NCBI GenBank assembly: GCA_963758525.1
Contig: CAVWVQ010000003.1
Location: forward strand, 3,360,001 to 3,424,000
Reading direction: 5' to 3'
From: an uncultured Phycisphaerales bacterium
Lineage (GTDB): Bacteria > Planctomycetota > Phycisphaerae > Tepidisphaerales > Tepidisphaeraceae
DNA length: 64,000 nucleotides
This document shows, one piece after another, positions 30,561 to 40,645 of the stretch (position 1 is its first letter; every line of letters begins with the position of its first letter). The notes beneath the pieces are model-generated. The model was not told the DNA's origin, searched no databases, and was given only the letters and a program-made list of their open reading frames with translations. Made by a program: the position numbers and the translations under genes.

Positions 30561-30950
30561 CTACTTCCCCAATTTCTCTTTCACCCTCGCCCGCGCCATC
30601 TGGCGGGTTCGCGCCTCGGCGGTCTTCGCATCGGTGGGAACGCGGGCTTCCGCCTCGGTGTATTCGGCGCGGGCGGTCTCGGCACTGATCTGATCCGAGG
30701 CGATCGCGTCGTTAGTCAGCACCGTCAGCTTGTTGTCCTTCATTTGCGCCACGCCTCCCTCCACCAAAAACGTTTTCTGCTGTCCGCCCGGCAAATCCAG
30801 CCGAAGCGGGCCCAGACCCAGTTTGATGAGCAGGGGGGCGCGATCGGTGAGGATGCCGATCAGTCCGTCGTGCGCGGGCAGGATCGCCTGCGTGACCGAT
30901 TCGTCCAGGGCCTGCTGCTCGGGGGTGACGATGACGCATTGAAATGCCAT
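30561..30950 (-). CDS. atpC: ATP synthase F1 epsilon subunit
   Basis: CVIVTPEQ, LPAHDGLIGIL..RAPL...LGLG, VEGGVAQM..NKLTVLT. Confidence 0.9.
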   Translation of the reverse strand: MAFQCVIVTPEQQALDESVTQAILPAHDGLIGILTDRAPLLIKLGLGPLRLDLPGGQQKTFLVEGGVAQMKDNKLTVLTNDAIASDQISAETARAEYTEAEARVPTDAKTAEARTRQMARARVKEKLGK

Positions 30951-30995
30951 GACCGCTCCAGATAAAAGGCCGTCTCGAAACCATGACCCCGCTCA

Positions 30996-31078
30996 CCACG
31001 CCGAGTCTGAGGTACTCCGAAGGCTCGGATCGAGCGCCAAAAAATCCGAGCCTTCGGAGTACCTCAGACTCGGCGTGG
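30996..31078. repeat. Perfect 35-bp inverted repeat; single arms at 39289-39323 and (partial) 9704-9730
   Basis: CCACGCCGAGTCTGAGGTACTCCGAAGGCTCGGAT-13 nt-reverse complement. Confidence 0.85.
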
Positions 31079-31081
31079 CAG

Positions 31082-31184
31082 CTATATGACCTTGCGCGAT
31101 TACGCGCTTCCAAAAACCGTTTAGCGGCTGCCCTAAGGGCAGCATACTGCTCTCACGTGCGCGTAATCGAGCACGTTCATTTAG
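31082..31184 (-). mobile_element. MITE family B, copy 2
   Basis: Reverse complement of 25951-26053 with 2 mismatches. Confidence 0.75.
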
Positions 31185-31428
31185 ATGCGCGGTTCGCAGA
31201 CCGCCGCACGCCACTCGATGCGACGAACGCGGTCCAATGTAGGGGCCGGCCCCGGAGGCGTCAAATGCCGGATTTTCTTAGCGGCGGGGGCATTCGGTGG
31301 TTGCGAAACAGGGTTGCGGATATATGATGCCGGTTGGAAATTGCTTCAAAATCACCGCGCCGCCGGCGCGGTGTTGCCGTTAATAGGGATTGTCGTTTCG
31401 GGCGGAGTCGCCGTCCGGGAGTGATCGC

Positions 31429-31896
31429 ATGCAAATGATGAGTGCCAAGGAGAAGGCGGTTCTCGAGGCCAAGCGCGAGGAACTCTACAAGATGCAGCTC
31501 GACGTGCAGGAGCGCATCACCAAGGCAGCCTCCCTCGGCGACCTCAAGGAAAACTCCGAATACCATTTCGCCAAGGAAGAAAACCGCAGCATTCAGCGCC
31601 AGCTCGCCGAGCTGAATCTGAAGCTCAAGAGCATTGCCGTCGTCGACACGGACAACGTCCCCGAAGACGTCGTCTTCCTCGGTCACACCGTCAAGTTGCT
31701 CGACCTCTACGACGACTCGGAGACGATTGTCCGCCTCGTCGGCGAAGCGCAAGCGCCAACCACCGACAGTGACGTGATGCCCGTCAGCGTCAACAGCCCT
31801 ATGGGCGAAGCGTTGATGAAAGCCCGCGTAGGCGAGACAGTGAAAGTGAAAGCGCCCCGGGGGACGAATGAGTTCAAGATTCTGGAGATTATGTGA
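31429..31896 (+). CDS. greA: Transcription elongation factor GreA/GreB family
   Basis: GDLKENSEYHFAKEE, VFLGHTVKL, SVNSPMGEALM...VGETV.V.APRG. Confidence 0.88.
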   Translation: MQMMSAKEKAVLEAKREELYKMQLDVQERITKAASLGDLKENSEYHFAKEENRSIQRQLAELNLKLKSIAVVDTDNVPEDVVFLGHTVKLLDLYDDSETIVRLVGEAQAPTTDSDVMPVSVNSPMGEALMKARVGETVKVKAPRGTNEFKILEIM

Positions 31897-31914
31897 GTCT
31901 GGTGGCTCTGGTGA

Positions 31915-32190
31915 TGGGAACGTGGAACGTGACAAGAGGGGACTGAAACCTGAAAACGTGAAACGTGAGGGGAGGGAGACGCAAATCCGTGGAGATCCTG
32001 CGGACTCGCCAATCGAGCCAGCAGTAGCTTGCCCTTCGCGGGAGCAGCAAAGAAAAAACGTCCGGATGAATCCCGACCTACATGGGGTCGCCGTCCACCA
32101 TGTAGGTCGGGCTTCAGCCCGACAACCCCTCCCGTCACGTTCCAATCACCCGCACCGCTATCCGCTGTCCATTATCAACTATCCACTATC
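31915..32190. repeat. Mosaic intergenic repeats (AAACGTG and CCACTAT heptamers, GTAGG REP pair)
   Basis: gaacgtggaacgtg..aaaacgtgaaacgtg; cccgacctaca / tgtaggtcgggcttcagcccgac; ccattatcaactatccactatc. Confidence 0.6.
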
Positions 32191-33261
32191 ACGAAGTCTT
32201 CCCCTCCTCCGGCGTCACTCGCACATCCAGCTTCTCGGTTCTCCGGATCAAAGTAATCGTCATCGGCTCCCCCGATCTTTCCGCAGTCAGCAACCGATGC
32301 AAATCATCGATCCCCGGCATGGGCTTGCCATCGACTTCGATCAGGATGTCCCCGTCCAGAATCCCCGCCTTCTCGGCAGGGCCGTTCTTTTCCAGACCGA
32401 CGACGAGAACGCCAACCTCGCTTTGCAGCCGGAAGTATCGCACCAGCCGGCGATGCAGCGGCACGTTTTGCCCGCCGACGCCGATGAAGCTGCGGCGAAT
32501 TCGTCCGTCGCGAATCAGCCGCCCGGCGACGAACTGGGCGGTATTGCCCGGAATCGCAAAGCAGATTCCCTGTGCCGCGGGGATGATGGCGGTGTTGACG
32601 CCGATCACCTGCCCGCGCGAATTGAGCAGCGGTCCGCCGGAGTTTCCGGGGTTCAGCGCCGCGTCCGTCTGGATCACGCCGTCGATCAATCGCCCGGTCT
32701 GCGAGCGGAACGATCGGGCGAGATTGCTCACGACACCCGCAGTCACCGTATATTGAAAGCCGTACGGATTGCCGATGGCGATCACCAGTTGCCCCACCTG
32801 AATCGCGGCGGAGTCCGCGAAGCCCAGCGATGACAGATTAGGCGCGTCGATGTTAATCACGGCCAGATCCGTGTCCGGATCATCGCCGACGAGCTTGGCC
32901 TCATACGACCGGCCATCCGAGAGGGTCACCTGAATGCTCTCGGCGTCGTGGACGACATGGCTGTTGGTCAGCACCATGCCGTCCGGCGTGAAGATAAAAC
33001 CCGATCCGCTGCCGCCCTGCGGGCCTCTTCGCGCGGGGTGACCCTGCTGCGGAGCCTTGGGGCGCTGCGCATTTCGATGTTGACCACTGCCGGGCTCGCG
33101 AGCTTCGCCGAACCCACCACCGCCGTCGAATAGGCGTCGAGCAGTGGCCCGTCCTCCGGCTGCGGACTGGCCACCGACGGCTCAACCGTGACGGTCGCCG
33201 TCGCTGATGTATCTGATTCGACCTGCGAATCGTGGCCGATGAACTGTGCGATCCGATTCAT
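32189..33261 (-). CDS. HtrA/DegP-type serine protease with PDZ domain (indel near 33010)
   Basis: LTNSHVV, DTDLAV, IQTDAALNPGNSGGPL, GPAEKAGILDGDIL. Confidence 0.92.
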
Positions 33262-33373
33262 GTTGTTCCTTCTTCCTCGCGCGATGTTCGAGCGCGTTCG
33301 AGGAATGATAGGCGTGTCAATTTCGATTGAACAGGTACACGCCGGCAGGTATGATACTTACCGAATAGATACC

Positions 33374-33700
33374 ATGGCCGGACGAAAACTCTCCCCATCC
33401 TCGGACAAAGTTTGCTGTCCCGCGACAGAAACGTTGCGGGTGCTCAGTGGACGCTGGAAAGTCCCCATCGTCTGGTTTCTCTTCGACGGCACGCTCCGTT
33501 TTTCCGCGCTTCGCCGCGAGTTGCTGCCCGTGACGCCCAAAATGCTCGCCCAGCAGCTCCGCGAGCTCGAACGCGACGGGATCGTGCTCCGCCGGGTCTA
33601 TCCGCAGGTGCCCCCCAAGGTGGAATACTCGCTGACCCCGACCGGGCGAACCCTCCGTCCGGTCGTCGAGGCAATGTGCCGCTGGGGAAAGCGCCGGTAG
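33374..33700 (+). CDS. HxlR-family transcriptional regulator
   Basis: CP....L.VLSGRWK, RFSALRR, KMLAQQLRELERDG, VPPKVEYSLT..G. Confidence 0.92.
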   Translation: MAGRKLSPSSDKVCCPATETLRVLSGRWKVPIVWFLFDGTLRFSALRRELLPVTPKMLAQQLRELERDGIVLRRVYPQVPPKVEYSLTPTGRTLRPVVEAMCRWGKRR

Positions 33701-33713
33701 CGGATCACTTCCC

Positions 33714-33855
33714 GTGGCATGGGCGTCCCGCCCATGCGGACGACGCAGGAGTAGAACGTATCACGGGTTTCCAACCCGTGCGCGCTCCGATCGAATGAGC
33801 GGGAAAACGATTGTTAACCAAAGCCGCTCGCACGGGTTGGAAACCCGTGATACGT
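33714..33855. repeat. REP-like palindromes between convergent genes
   Basis: GTGGCATGGGCGTCCCGCCCATG and doublet GTATCACGGGTTTCCAACCCGTGC...GCACGGGTTGGAAACCCGTGATAC. Confidence 0.75.
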
Positions 33856-33858
33856 GGT

Positions 33859-36800
33859 TCAATCCGCCAATCCCATGGCGTCGTCGCCGAGCGTGTCGTC
33901 GTCCGGCATCGTGGGGGGCGTCGTGCCCTGGGAATTCTCCTCGGCTTCTTTGAAAAGCTTCTGCTGCTCCAGGAGCTTCCTCCGCCGGCGGGTCCCCTGT
34001 CCGCAAAGCTGCACGCAATCGGATCCCAGCAGCGTGTGCAGCTCTTCGACAAGCGTCTGCGTCGGCCGCAGAAACCGATCCTTGTTGAGCCGCATCGTCA
34101 CCTTGCGGCCGGAGCCTGCGACCTGAAGGTACACCTCGGTGTTCCCCTTGTGACGGCCCAGCGTCTCCTCCAGCGCGGTGGCAACTCCGCTCCCATGCCG
34201 CGCGGAATCGAGCTTTAGCGCGACCATCGTCGTCAGCTTCGCAGACGCTTCGGCGATCGGAATCAGATCGTTCACGACAATGCTCGGCGTCTCGCGCCGC
34301 TTGTCGACTTTGCCGCGCAGAAACACGATCTGCTCGTTGGCGACCGAGCCAGGGTAACGCTTGAGAATATCGGAATACGTCTCGGCAAAAAGCACGCCGT
34401 CGATCTGCCCTTCGAGATCTTCCATCGTGATCATCGCCATGCTTTGGCCCGCGGATCGGCCGTTCTTGGTGACGCTCTTTTTCACCCGGCTGATCATCCC
34501 GCCGATCAGCACCTCGCTCCCTTCCGAACATGCCATCGCCTCCTTTGTGCTCGCCGTCGAGAAATTCTCCAGGGCCGACTGATGCTCCGTCAGCGGATGG
34601 CTCGTGATGTAAAAGCCCAGCAGCTCCTTCTCATATTTGAGCAACTCCGCGTCGGACAGCTCGTCCACCTGCGGCAGCGCATGCGACACGCGCGACGGGC
34701 CGGCGCTGGGCTGTGCCGCGAACATGTTCAACTGCCCCGATCGTTTGTCCTGCTGCGCCTGCTGGCCCATTTCGATTGCGCCGTCCAGCGCCGCCAGCGC
34801 CTGCGCCCGGTTCGCGCCAGTGGACGCAAAGGCGCCGCATTTCACCAGCGCTTCGGTCGTCGCCCGGGAGACCTGGCGAAGATCGACCCGCTCGCAGAAG
34901 TCGTACAGACTCTTGAAATCGCCCCGCGCATCCCGCTCGGCGATGATCGCCTCGACGGCTTTCTCCCCCACGCCGCGCACCGCCATCATCCCGAATCGAA
35001 TGACGCCCGTCGGCGCCGCCTGCGCGGCCCGCTTCTTCCTGGGAGCGTCCTCGTAAATCGGCGTGAAATCCTTGTCGGAAAAGTTCACGTCCGGCGGCAG
35101 CACCTTGATCCCCTTGCCGCCGCCCGGCAGCGTCAGCCGGCGGCATTCCTCGATGTATTCGACGACTTTCTCCGTCGTTCCCATTTCAAACGTCAGCACC
35201 GCCGCCATGTATTCGACGGGGTGATACGTTTTCATGTACGCGGTTTGAAACGCGATGATGGCGTAGCGCGTGCTGTGCGATTTGTTGAATCCGTAGCCGC
35301 CAAACTTCAGGATCAGCTCGAAGATTTCCTCCGCCTGGCGTTTTTCGATTCCTTTTTCCTGCGCACCCTTGAGAAAGTCCGGCTTGTATTTGGCGATCAC
35401 GTCCGACTGCTTTTTGCTGATGGCCTTGATCAGCTTGTACGCCGCGCTCAGCTCGATTCCGCCGAGCTGATTGAAAATCTGCATCACCTGTTCCTGGTAG
35501 ACCATGATCCCGTACGTTTCCTCCAGGATGTGGTCCATGATCGGGTGAACGCCCGGCACCGGCTCGCGCTTGTGCTTGCGGGCGCAATACGACGGGATCA
35601 GCTCCATCGGCCCGGGCCGGTACAGCGCGTTGGCGGCGATCAGATCCTCCAGCCGGTCCGGCTGCATCTTCATCAGCAGATCCTGCATGCCGCCGGACTC
35701 AAATTGAAAAATCCCCTTCGTTTCGCCCCGGCAAAAGAGGGCCAGCACCTGTTTGTCCGTGAAGTCGACTTTCTCAATGTCGACCTCAATGCTCTTCTTC
35801 TGCTTCACGAGCTCGATCGATCGCTGCAGGGTGGTGAGCGTCCGCAGGCCTAGAAAATCCATCTTCAGCAGGCCGACTTTTTCGACGATCGGCCCTTCAA
35901 ACTGCGTGAGAATGTCGTCGCCGCTCTTGTAGAGCGGCACGAAATTTTCCAACGGCTGATCCGCGATCACCACGCCCGCCGCATGACAGCCGGCGTTGCG
36001 CGCCATCCCTTCCAGCCGTTGCGCGATATCAATCACATTCCTGATCGTCGGCACCTTCTGATACATCTCCGACAGCTCCGGCACCTGCTTCATCGCCTTC
36101 TCGAGATTCATTCCGACGGTTCCGGGAATCAGCTTGGTGAGCTTGTCGATCTCCGCGAGCGGAACTCCCAGCACGCGCCCGACGTCTTTGCAAGCTGCTT
36201 TGGCCGCGAGCGTGCCGAAGGTGATGATCTGCGCGACGTGCCCGTATTTTTGCCGGACGTAGTCGATGATTTTCCCGCGTCCCTCCTGGCAGATGTCGAT
36301 GTCGATATCGGGCATCTCGCTGCGGTTGGGGTCCATGAACCGCTCGAAGAGCAGGCCGTATCGGATCGGATCGACGTTGCACAGCCCCAGCAGATAGCCG
36401 ACCATCGTCCCCACGCCGCTGCCTCTGGCGCCGACGGGAATGCCATTTTCGCGGGCAAAGTTGCAGAAGTCCCAGACGATCAGGAAATAGCTGCAGAAGT
36501 TTTTCCCGATGATGACCGTCAGCTCTTTTTCCAGCCGCTGGCGGATTTCCGGCGACACGTCGCTCGTGCCGTATCGCTCGACCAGGCCCTTCTCGCACAG
36601 TTGGCGGATGTATCGTTCGTCGTCCTTCTGTTGCTTCTCCGCTTCCGACCTGGCCGGCCCGACCGCCTCGGCGGATACGCGATACACCGGCGCGTGACGT
36701 TTGGAAAAATCGAGAGTGAGGTCGCACATCTCCGCGATGCGCAGCGTGTTGTCGATCGCTTCGGGAAACGCGCCCAGCGCGTCGGCCATTTCCTGCGGGC

Positions 36801-37548
36801 TTTTGAGATACAGCTCGGTCGGATATTTCAGCCGGGCCTCGTCGGTAATCAGCCGGCCCATGCTGATGCAGCAGAGTACGTCGTGCGCGTAATGGTCGTC
36901 CTTCGTGAGGAAGTGAACGTCATTGGTGGCGACCAGCCCGCAACCCAACCGCTTGCCGAGGTCGGCAAGCTCGGGGTTGATCATGTCCTGCTCGGCAATC
37001 CCCTGTTTCTGCACCTCGATGAAGAAGCGATCGGGGCCGAAAATGTCCAGATACGTCTCGGCAATCTTCTTCGCCGTCTTCGCGTCACGCTTCATAAACG
37101 CGCTGGGAATTTCCCCGCCAAGGCACGCACTGGTAGCGATCAGCCCGGCGTTCCATTCCTTCAGGCACGCCTTGTCGATGCGCGGCTTGTAATAAAAGCC
37201 GTCGCGATACGCCGTGCTCGAAAGCTTCAGCAGGTTTTGATACCCCTCCAGATTCTGAGCCAGCAGCAGCAAATGGTACGACGCTTCCCCCGCGTGCCCG
37301 CCGGGCGTCGATTTTTCCGTCCGATCGCCCGGAGCCATGTAGGCTTCCATTCCCAGAATCGGCTTGATCCCCTCCTTCTTGCACTCGTTGAAAAACTCCA
37401 CCACTCCAAACATGCAGCCGTGGTCGGTGATTGCGATGCTCTCCATGCCGAGCTGCTTGCAGCGCTTGACAAGGTCGGGAATTTTGCATGCGCCGTCGAG
37501 CAGCGAGTAGTGCGAGTGGACGTGAAGATGAGCGAACTTTGCGGCCAT
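33859..37548 (-). CDS. dnaE: DNA polymerase III alpha subunit
   Basis: HLHVHSHYSLLDG, RGSGVG, MPDIDIDI, LLKMDFLGLRTL, GYGFNKSHS, EKELLGFYITSHPL. Confidence 0.97.
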   Translation of the reverse strand: MAAKFAHLHVHSHYSLLDGACKIPDLVKRCKQLGMESIAITDHGCMFGVVEFFNECKKEGIKPILGMEAYMAPGDRTEKSTPGGHAGEASYHLLLLAQNLEGYQNLLKLSSTAYRDGFYYKPRIDKACLKEWNAGLIATSACLGGEIPSAFMKRDAKTAKKIAETYLDIFGPDRFFIEVQKQGIAEQDMINPELADLGKRLGCGLVATNDVHFLTKDDHYAHDVLCCISMGRLITDEARLKYPTELYLKSPQEMADALGAFPEAIDNTLRIAEMCDLTLDFSKRHAPVYRVSAEAVGPARSEAEKQQKDDERYIRQLCEKGLVERYGTSDVSPEIRQRLEKELTVIIGKNFCSYFLIVWDFCNFARENGIPVGARGSGVGTMVGYLLGLCNVDPIRYGLLFERFMDPNRSEMPDIDIDICQEGRGKIIDYVRQKYGHVAQIITFGTLAAKAACKDVGRVLGVPLAEIDKLTKLIPGTVGMNLEKAMKQVPELSEMYQKVPTIRNVIDIAQRLEGMARNAGCHAAGVVIADQPLENFVPLYKSGDDILTQFEGPIVEKVGLLKMDFLGLRTLTTLQRSIELVKQKKSIEVDIEKVDFTDKQVLALFCRGETKGIFQFESGGMQDLLMKMQPDRLEDLIAANALYRPGPMELIPSYCARKHKREPVPGVHPIMDHILEETYGIMVYQEQVMQIFNQLGGIELSAAYKLIKAISKKQSDVIAKYKPDFLKGAQEKGIEKRQAEEIFELILKFGGYGFNKSHSTRYAIIAFQTAYMKTYHPVEYMAAVLTFEMGTTEKVVEYIEECRRLTLPGGGKGIKVLPPDVNFSDKDFTPIYEDAPRKKRAAQAAPTGVIRFGMMAVRGVGEKAVEAIIAERDARGDFKSLYDFCERVDLRQVSRATTEALVKCGAFASTGANRAQALAALDGAIEMGQQAQQDKRSGQLNMFAAQPSAGPSRVSHALPQVDELSDAELLKYEKELLGFYITSHPLTEHQSALENFSTASTKEAMACSEGSEVLIGGMISRVKKSVTKNGRSAGQSMAMITMEDLEGQIDGVLFAETYSDILKRYPGSVANEQIVFLRGKVDKRRETPSIVVNDLIPIAEASAKLTTMVALKLDSARHGSGVATALEETLGRHKGNTEVYLQVAGSGRKVTMRLNKDRFLRPTQTLVEELHTLLGSDCVQLCGQGTRRRRKLLEQQKLFKEAEENSQGTTPPTMPDDDTLGDDAMGLAD

Positions 37549-37589
37549 AAAATTGTAGATCCGTCTCTTAATTGAAGGCCGTTGAATGA

Positions 37590-37748
37590 CCCCCTCTCCC
37601 GGTACCCCCGGGAGAGGGTTGGGGTGAGGGTGATTTCGAGGACCAACGGCACCCGACGTTCCAATCACCCTCACGCCCGCGTAGGGCGGGATTCATCCCG
37701 CCGCGCCTTCTGCAAGGCCGGACGACGGCGGGATGAATCCCGCCCTAC
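37590..37748. repeat. CCCTCTCCC/GGGAGAGGG hairpin plus GTAG REP doublet
   Basis: Same families as in 9436-9896. Confidence 0.8.
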
Positions 37749-38022
37749 AGGCGACCGACCCGCAATTTCAGATGGGATGCACCACTAGCCCGCGCTTATA
37801 CCGCCGCATCCTCGCCCCGACAACCCGCCTCACACCCCCTTTAAACCTCGCAGGCAGCACCTTCCTCCCAGCAATTCCCGGCCCTGAGGTTATTGCGACG
37901 CTGCAGCGTCAAATCCCTCCGCACGGGTCGGAATTCGGTGGTAAATCTGCACAGAGGCGGTGCCGATGCATGGGCTGTACCGCAGCCCGCCTCGTGGTTG
38001 CGAATGTCCCCGAGGTTGCAGT

Positions 38023-39143
38023 ATGTCGCTCGCCAACGTGCTCGTTGCTTCAACCGATTCTGTCATTCCCTTTCTCCGCTCCATGCTTCCGCGACTGGCC
38101 AACGCACCGGCCGCGGAGACGATCGTCAGCGACCCGACGGGCCTGCGCGCCGTCGCCCATCGCGCGTGGCCAACGGATTCAGGGTTTGCCGACGCCTGGG
38201 ATGATTTGCTCGCGCGCGTTCCCGACGCCACTGTCTTTCAAACCGCACATTGGCAACAGGCGATTCTAGGCTGGCCGCAACGGCTCGATCGGCTCGTGAT
38301 GCTCGCCATCTGGCGCGGTTCGCGCCTCATCGGCGTGCTCCCGCTCCAATCCGCGCGCGGCCGACGCCTTGAGTCCGCCGGCGCGATCGTCAGCGACTAT
38401 CTCGATCCTCTCATCGATCCCGCCGACGAAGAAGCGGCCTGGCGATCGATCTTCAGCTTCCTTCGCGAGAAGCCGGCAACTGCGCAGACCATCACGCTCC
38501 GCAACCTTCGGCCGCAATCCTCCGCCCGCGCCACGCTGCGCGCATCGCCCCCGAGGAAGGGTTTGAGGTCGCCGAAGAAGTTCACGGCGCAAGCTGTTAT
38601 CTGAAGCTCCCCAAAACCTGGGACGACTATCTCGCCAGCCTCAAGGCCGGCGACCGAAAGGAACTTCGCCGCAAGCTCTCCAAAGCCGAGTCGCAGGCCG
38701 GCGCGGCGCTGGAGCCCGACGCCGACGCGCCGGGAAACGTGGAACGCGCCCAGCGCATCTTTTCCCTGATCGAATCCGGCGGCGGGAAGCGCGGCATCAA
38801 ATGCCGCTGGATCTTCCGAGGCCTCCTCGATTCCAGCGGGCCCGCACTGGCCGAACGCGGCTGGCTCCGCGTCTTCTCCCTGCGCCTCCACGACCGCCCC
38901 TGTGCCGGAGTGATTACCTTCCGCTCCCCCGGCAACGGATTGATGGCCTGGGCAACGGCCTACAACGAATCCGACAAAGCCTGGAGTCCCGGCATTGTCG
39001 CGTTCGCCATGACGATCCGCCGTGCGATCGAAGAAGGCGCCGACCATCTCGACCTCCTCCGCGGCGACTGCGACTACAAAGCCCGCCTCGGCGCCCAAAC
39101 CCGGCCATTGTATCAACTGACGCTACGGCGCAGTGCATCGTGA
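38023..39143 (+). CDS. GNAT acetyltransferase, CelD/BcsL-like (indel near 38545)
   Basis: AWDDLL, TVFQTAHW, IVSDYLDPL, LPKTWDDYLASL...RKELRRK, WSPG, LDLLRGDCDYKARLG. Confidence 0.8.
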
Positions 39144-39189
39144 CGCTTCTTCGCCGTCGGCGAGCGTGAGCGAATTTCCGGTCAACACA

Positions 39190-39740
39190 CTGTGGTGCGG
39201 GCTTCCAGCCTGCAATTGCACCCGCGCAAACACAGTTTGCTCTTTCTTGCCCGGAAATTTGCGCACAGTCCGTCCGCAGCACCGAAGAATCCGAGCCTTC
39301 GGAGTACCTCAGACTCGGCGTGGGAAGAACAGCGGGCATTTGAGCCGAGTCGCTGTTACGGCGCGGGTTCATCTACAGGGTCGCCGACCCCTTCCACAGA
39401 TGCGATGCCCCGAACGCCGAGGGTGCTCGCGCCCTCGGTCTTCGACGCTGAATACCCCCCAGCGTGAAGCTTGCATTGCGGTGAACTGCTGGCGATACCG
39501 ATCGAGAGGCGTGCAGGCGCTTTCTGCACCACACTCCGCGACGACGCGAAGCGACTGCCGCGCTCCGTCGGCGAAAGTGCGGCAGATCACTTTGTGAATC
39601 CTCCAAAGTGGTGTCACCTCGCTATCGTTCACGAAACTCAATGTGCCACGATCCGCCGAGGGCCAGCCGAAGTCGCTTCGCGTCGTCGCGGAGCGTGGAT
39701 TGGCGCAGAAATACGGAGTCGCCGACCCCGTCTACAGAGC
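39190..39740. repeat. Mosaic of palindromic repeats
   Basis: GTGGTGCGGGCTTCCAGCCTGCA; 35-bp arm; CCGAACGCCGAGGGTGCTCGCGCCCTCGG; inverted CTCCGCGACGACGCGAAGCGACT pair; GTCGCCGACCCC twice. Confidence 0.7.
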
Positions 39741-39827
39741 ATTCCATGCACCCTCCTGGCTGCCTCGGGCGGATTGTTGCGATTGGGGAATTCGCCAGCT
39801 TTGCCGCGCTCATGTAAGGTGCGTTGC

Positions 39828-40643
39828 ATGCATCAAACGTGGATCCAGTTCCTGATGGTGGCCGCGGGCACGGCCTTCTTTCTGACTGGCGTGACCCTGC
39901 TGCTCAGCAATCTGGCGCGGGCGCCCCTCGCCCTGCAGCATTTTTGCATCCATGCGCCGGGACTGGATCTGATGGTGGCGCTGTTCAGTTGGATCCCCTG
40001 GTGCGCGGGGGCGGCAATCGCCGGATGGAAGGGATTGCTCGGCGCGGTTGCGGGGCAGATCGTGACGTATTGCATCTGGGTCACCTACCACGAGCAGACG
40101 CATCGGCAAGCCGTCGGCGGGCCGCGGATCGTGACATTCTTGAATGGAGCCGTTGGGCGATGGCAGAATCATGCCTGCCTGTGGGGAACCGTCCTGGCTC
40201 TGCCGGCATTTTTGCACGTCCGTCTGATTGAGGTGACGATTTATCCGCTTCTTGTCGTGGTGCTGAAGTTCCCGGCGTATCGCCAGCGGGATTGGATCAA
40301 TGTCAGCCGGCAGAAGTTCGACGGGCTCGTGGGCCATGATCTGTTCTGGTGCCTGTACTGCGACTGGATGACGGGAGTGACTTCGCTGTGCGTGGAGATG
40401 CTGCGGAACGTCGAGTCGTTCTGGTGCCCGATCCGTTTTTACAACGGCAAGAAATGCGAAAACTGCAAGCTCGATTTCCCCGACATTCATGGCGGATGGG
40501 TTCCGCCGGACGGGACGATGCTTGACGTGGAGCAGACGCTGGAGCGGATGTACGGCGACGGGCAACGATCGTGGTATGGGCATCCGTCGCGGCTGCCGGC
40601 GCGGAAGGATGTGCCGCTGCCGATACTGGGGGAGGGACATTAA
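39828..40643 (+). CDS. Hypothetical membrane protein with Cys-rich C-terminal region
   Basis: About 4 hydrophobic helices; WCLYCDWM, FWCPI, KKCENC. Confidence 0.7.
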   Translation: MHQTWIQFLMVAAGTAFFLTGVTLLLSNLARAPLALQHFCIHAPGLDLMVALFSWIPWCAGAAIAGWKGLLGAVAGQIVTYCIWVTYHEQTHRQAVGGPRIVTFLNGAVGRWQNHACLWGTVLALPAFLHVRLIEVTIYPLLVVVLKFPAYRQRDWINVSRQKFDGLVGHDLFWCLYCDWMTGVTSLCVEMLRNVESFWCPIRFYNGKKCENCKLDFPDIHGGWVPPDGTMLDVEQTLERMYGDGQRSWYGHPSRLPARKDVPLPILGEGH

Positions 40644-40645
40644 TC

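Noticed and set aside
33859..37548. Intein in dnaE
   Set aside because: Length (~1230 aa) is normal and no C...HN splice motifs or LAGLIDADG segment were seen.
35983..37575. Long antisense ORFs (also 3541-4911, 17647-18930, 52518-54209 and others)
   Set aside because: Shadow ORFs opposite well-supported genes, as expected at high GC; no recognisable motifs.
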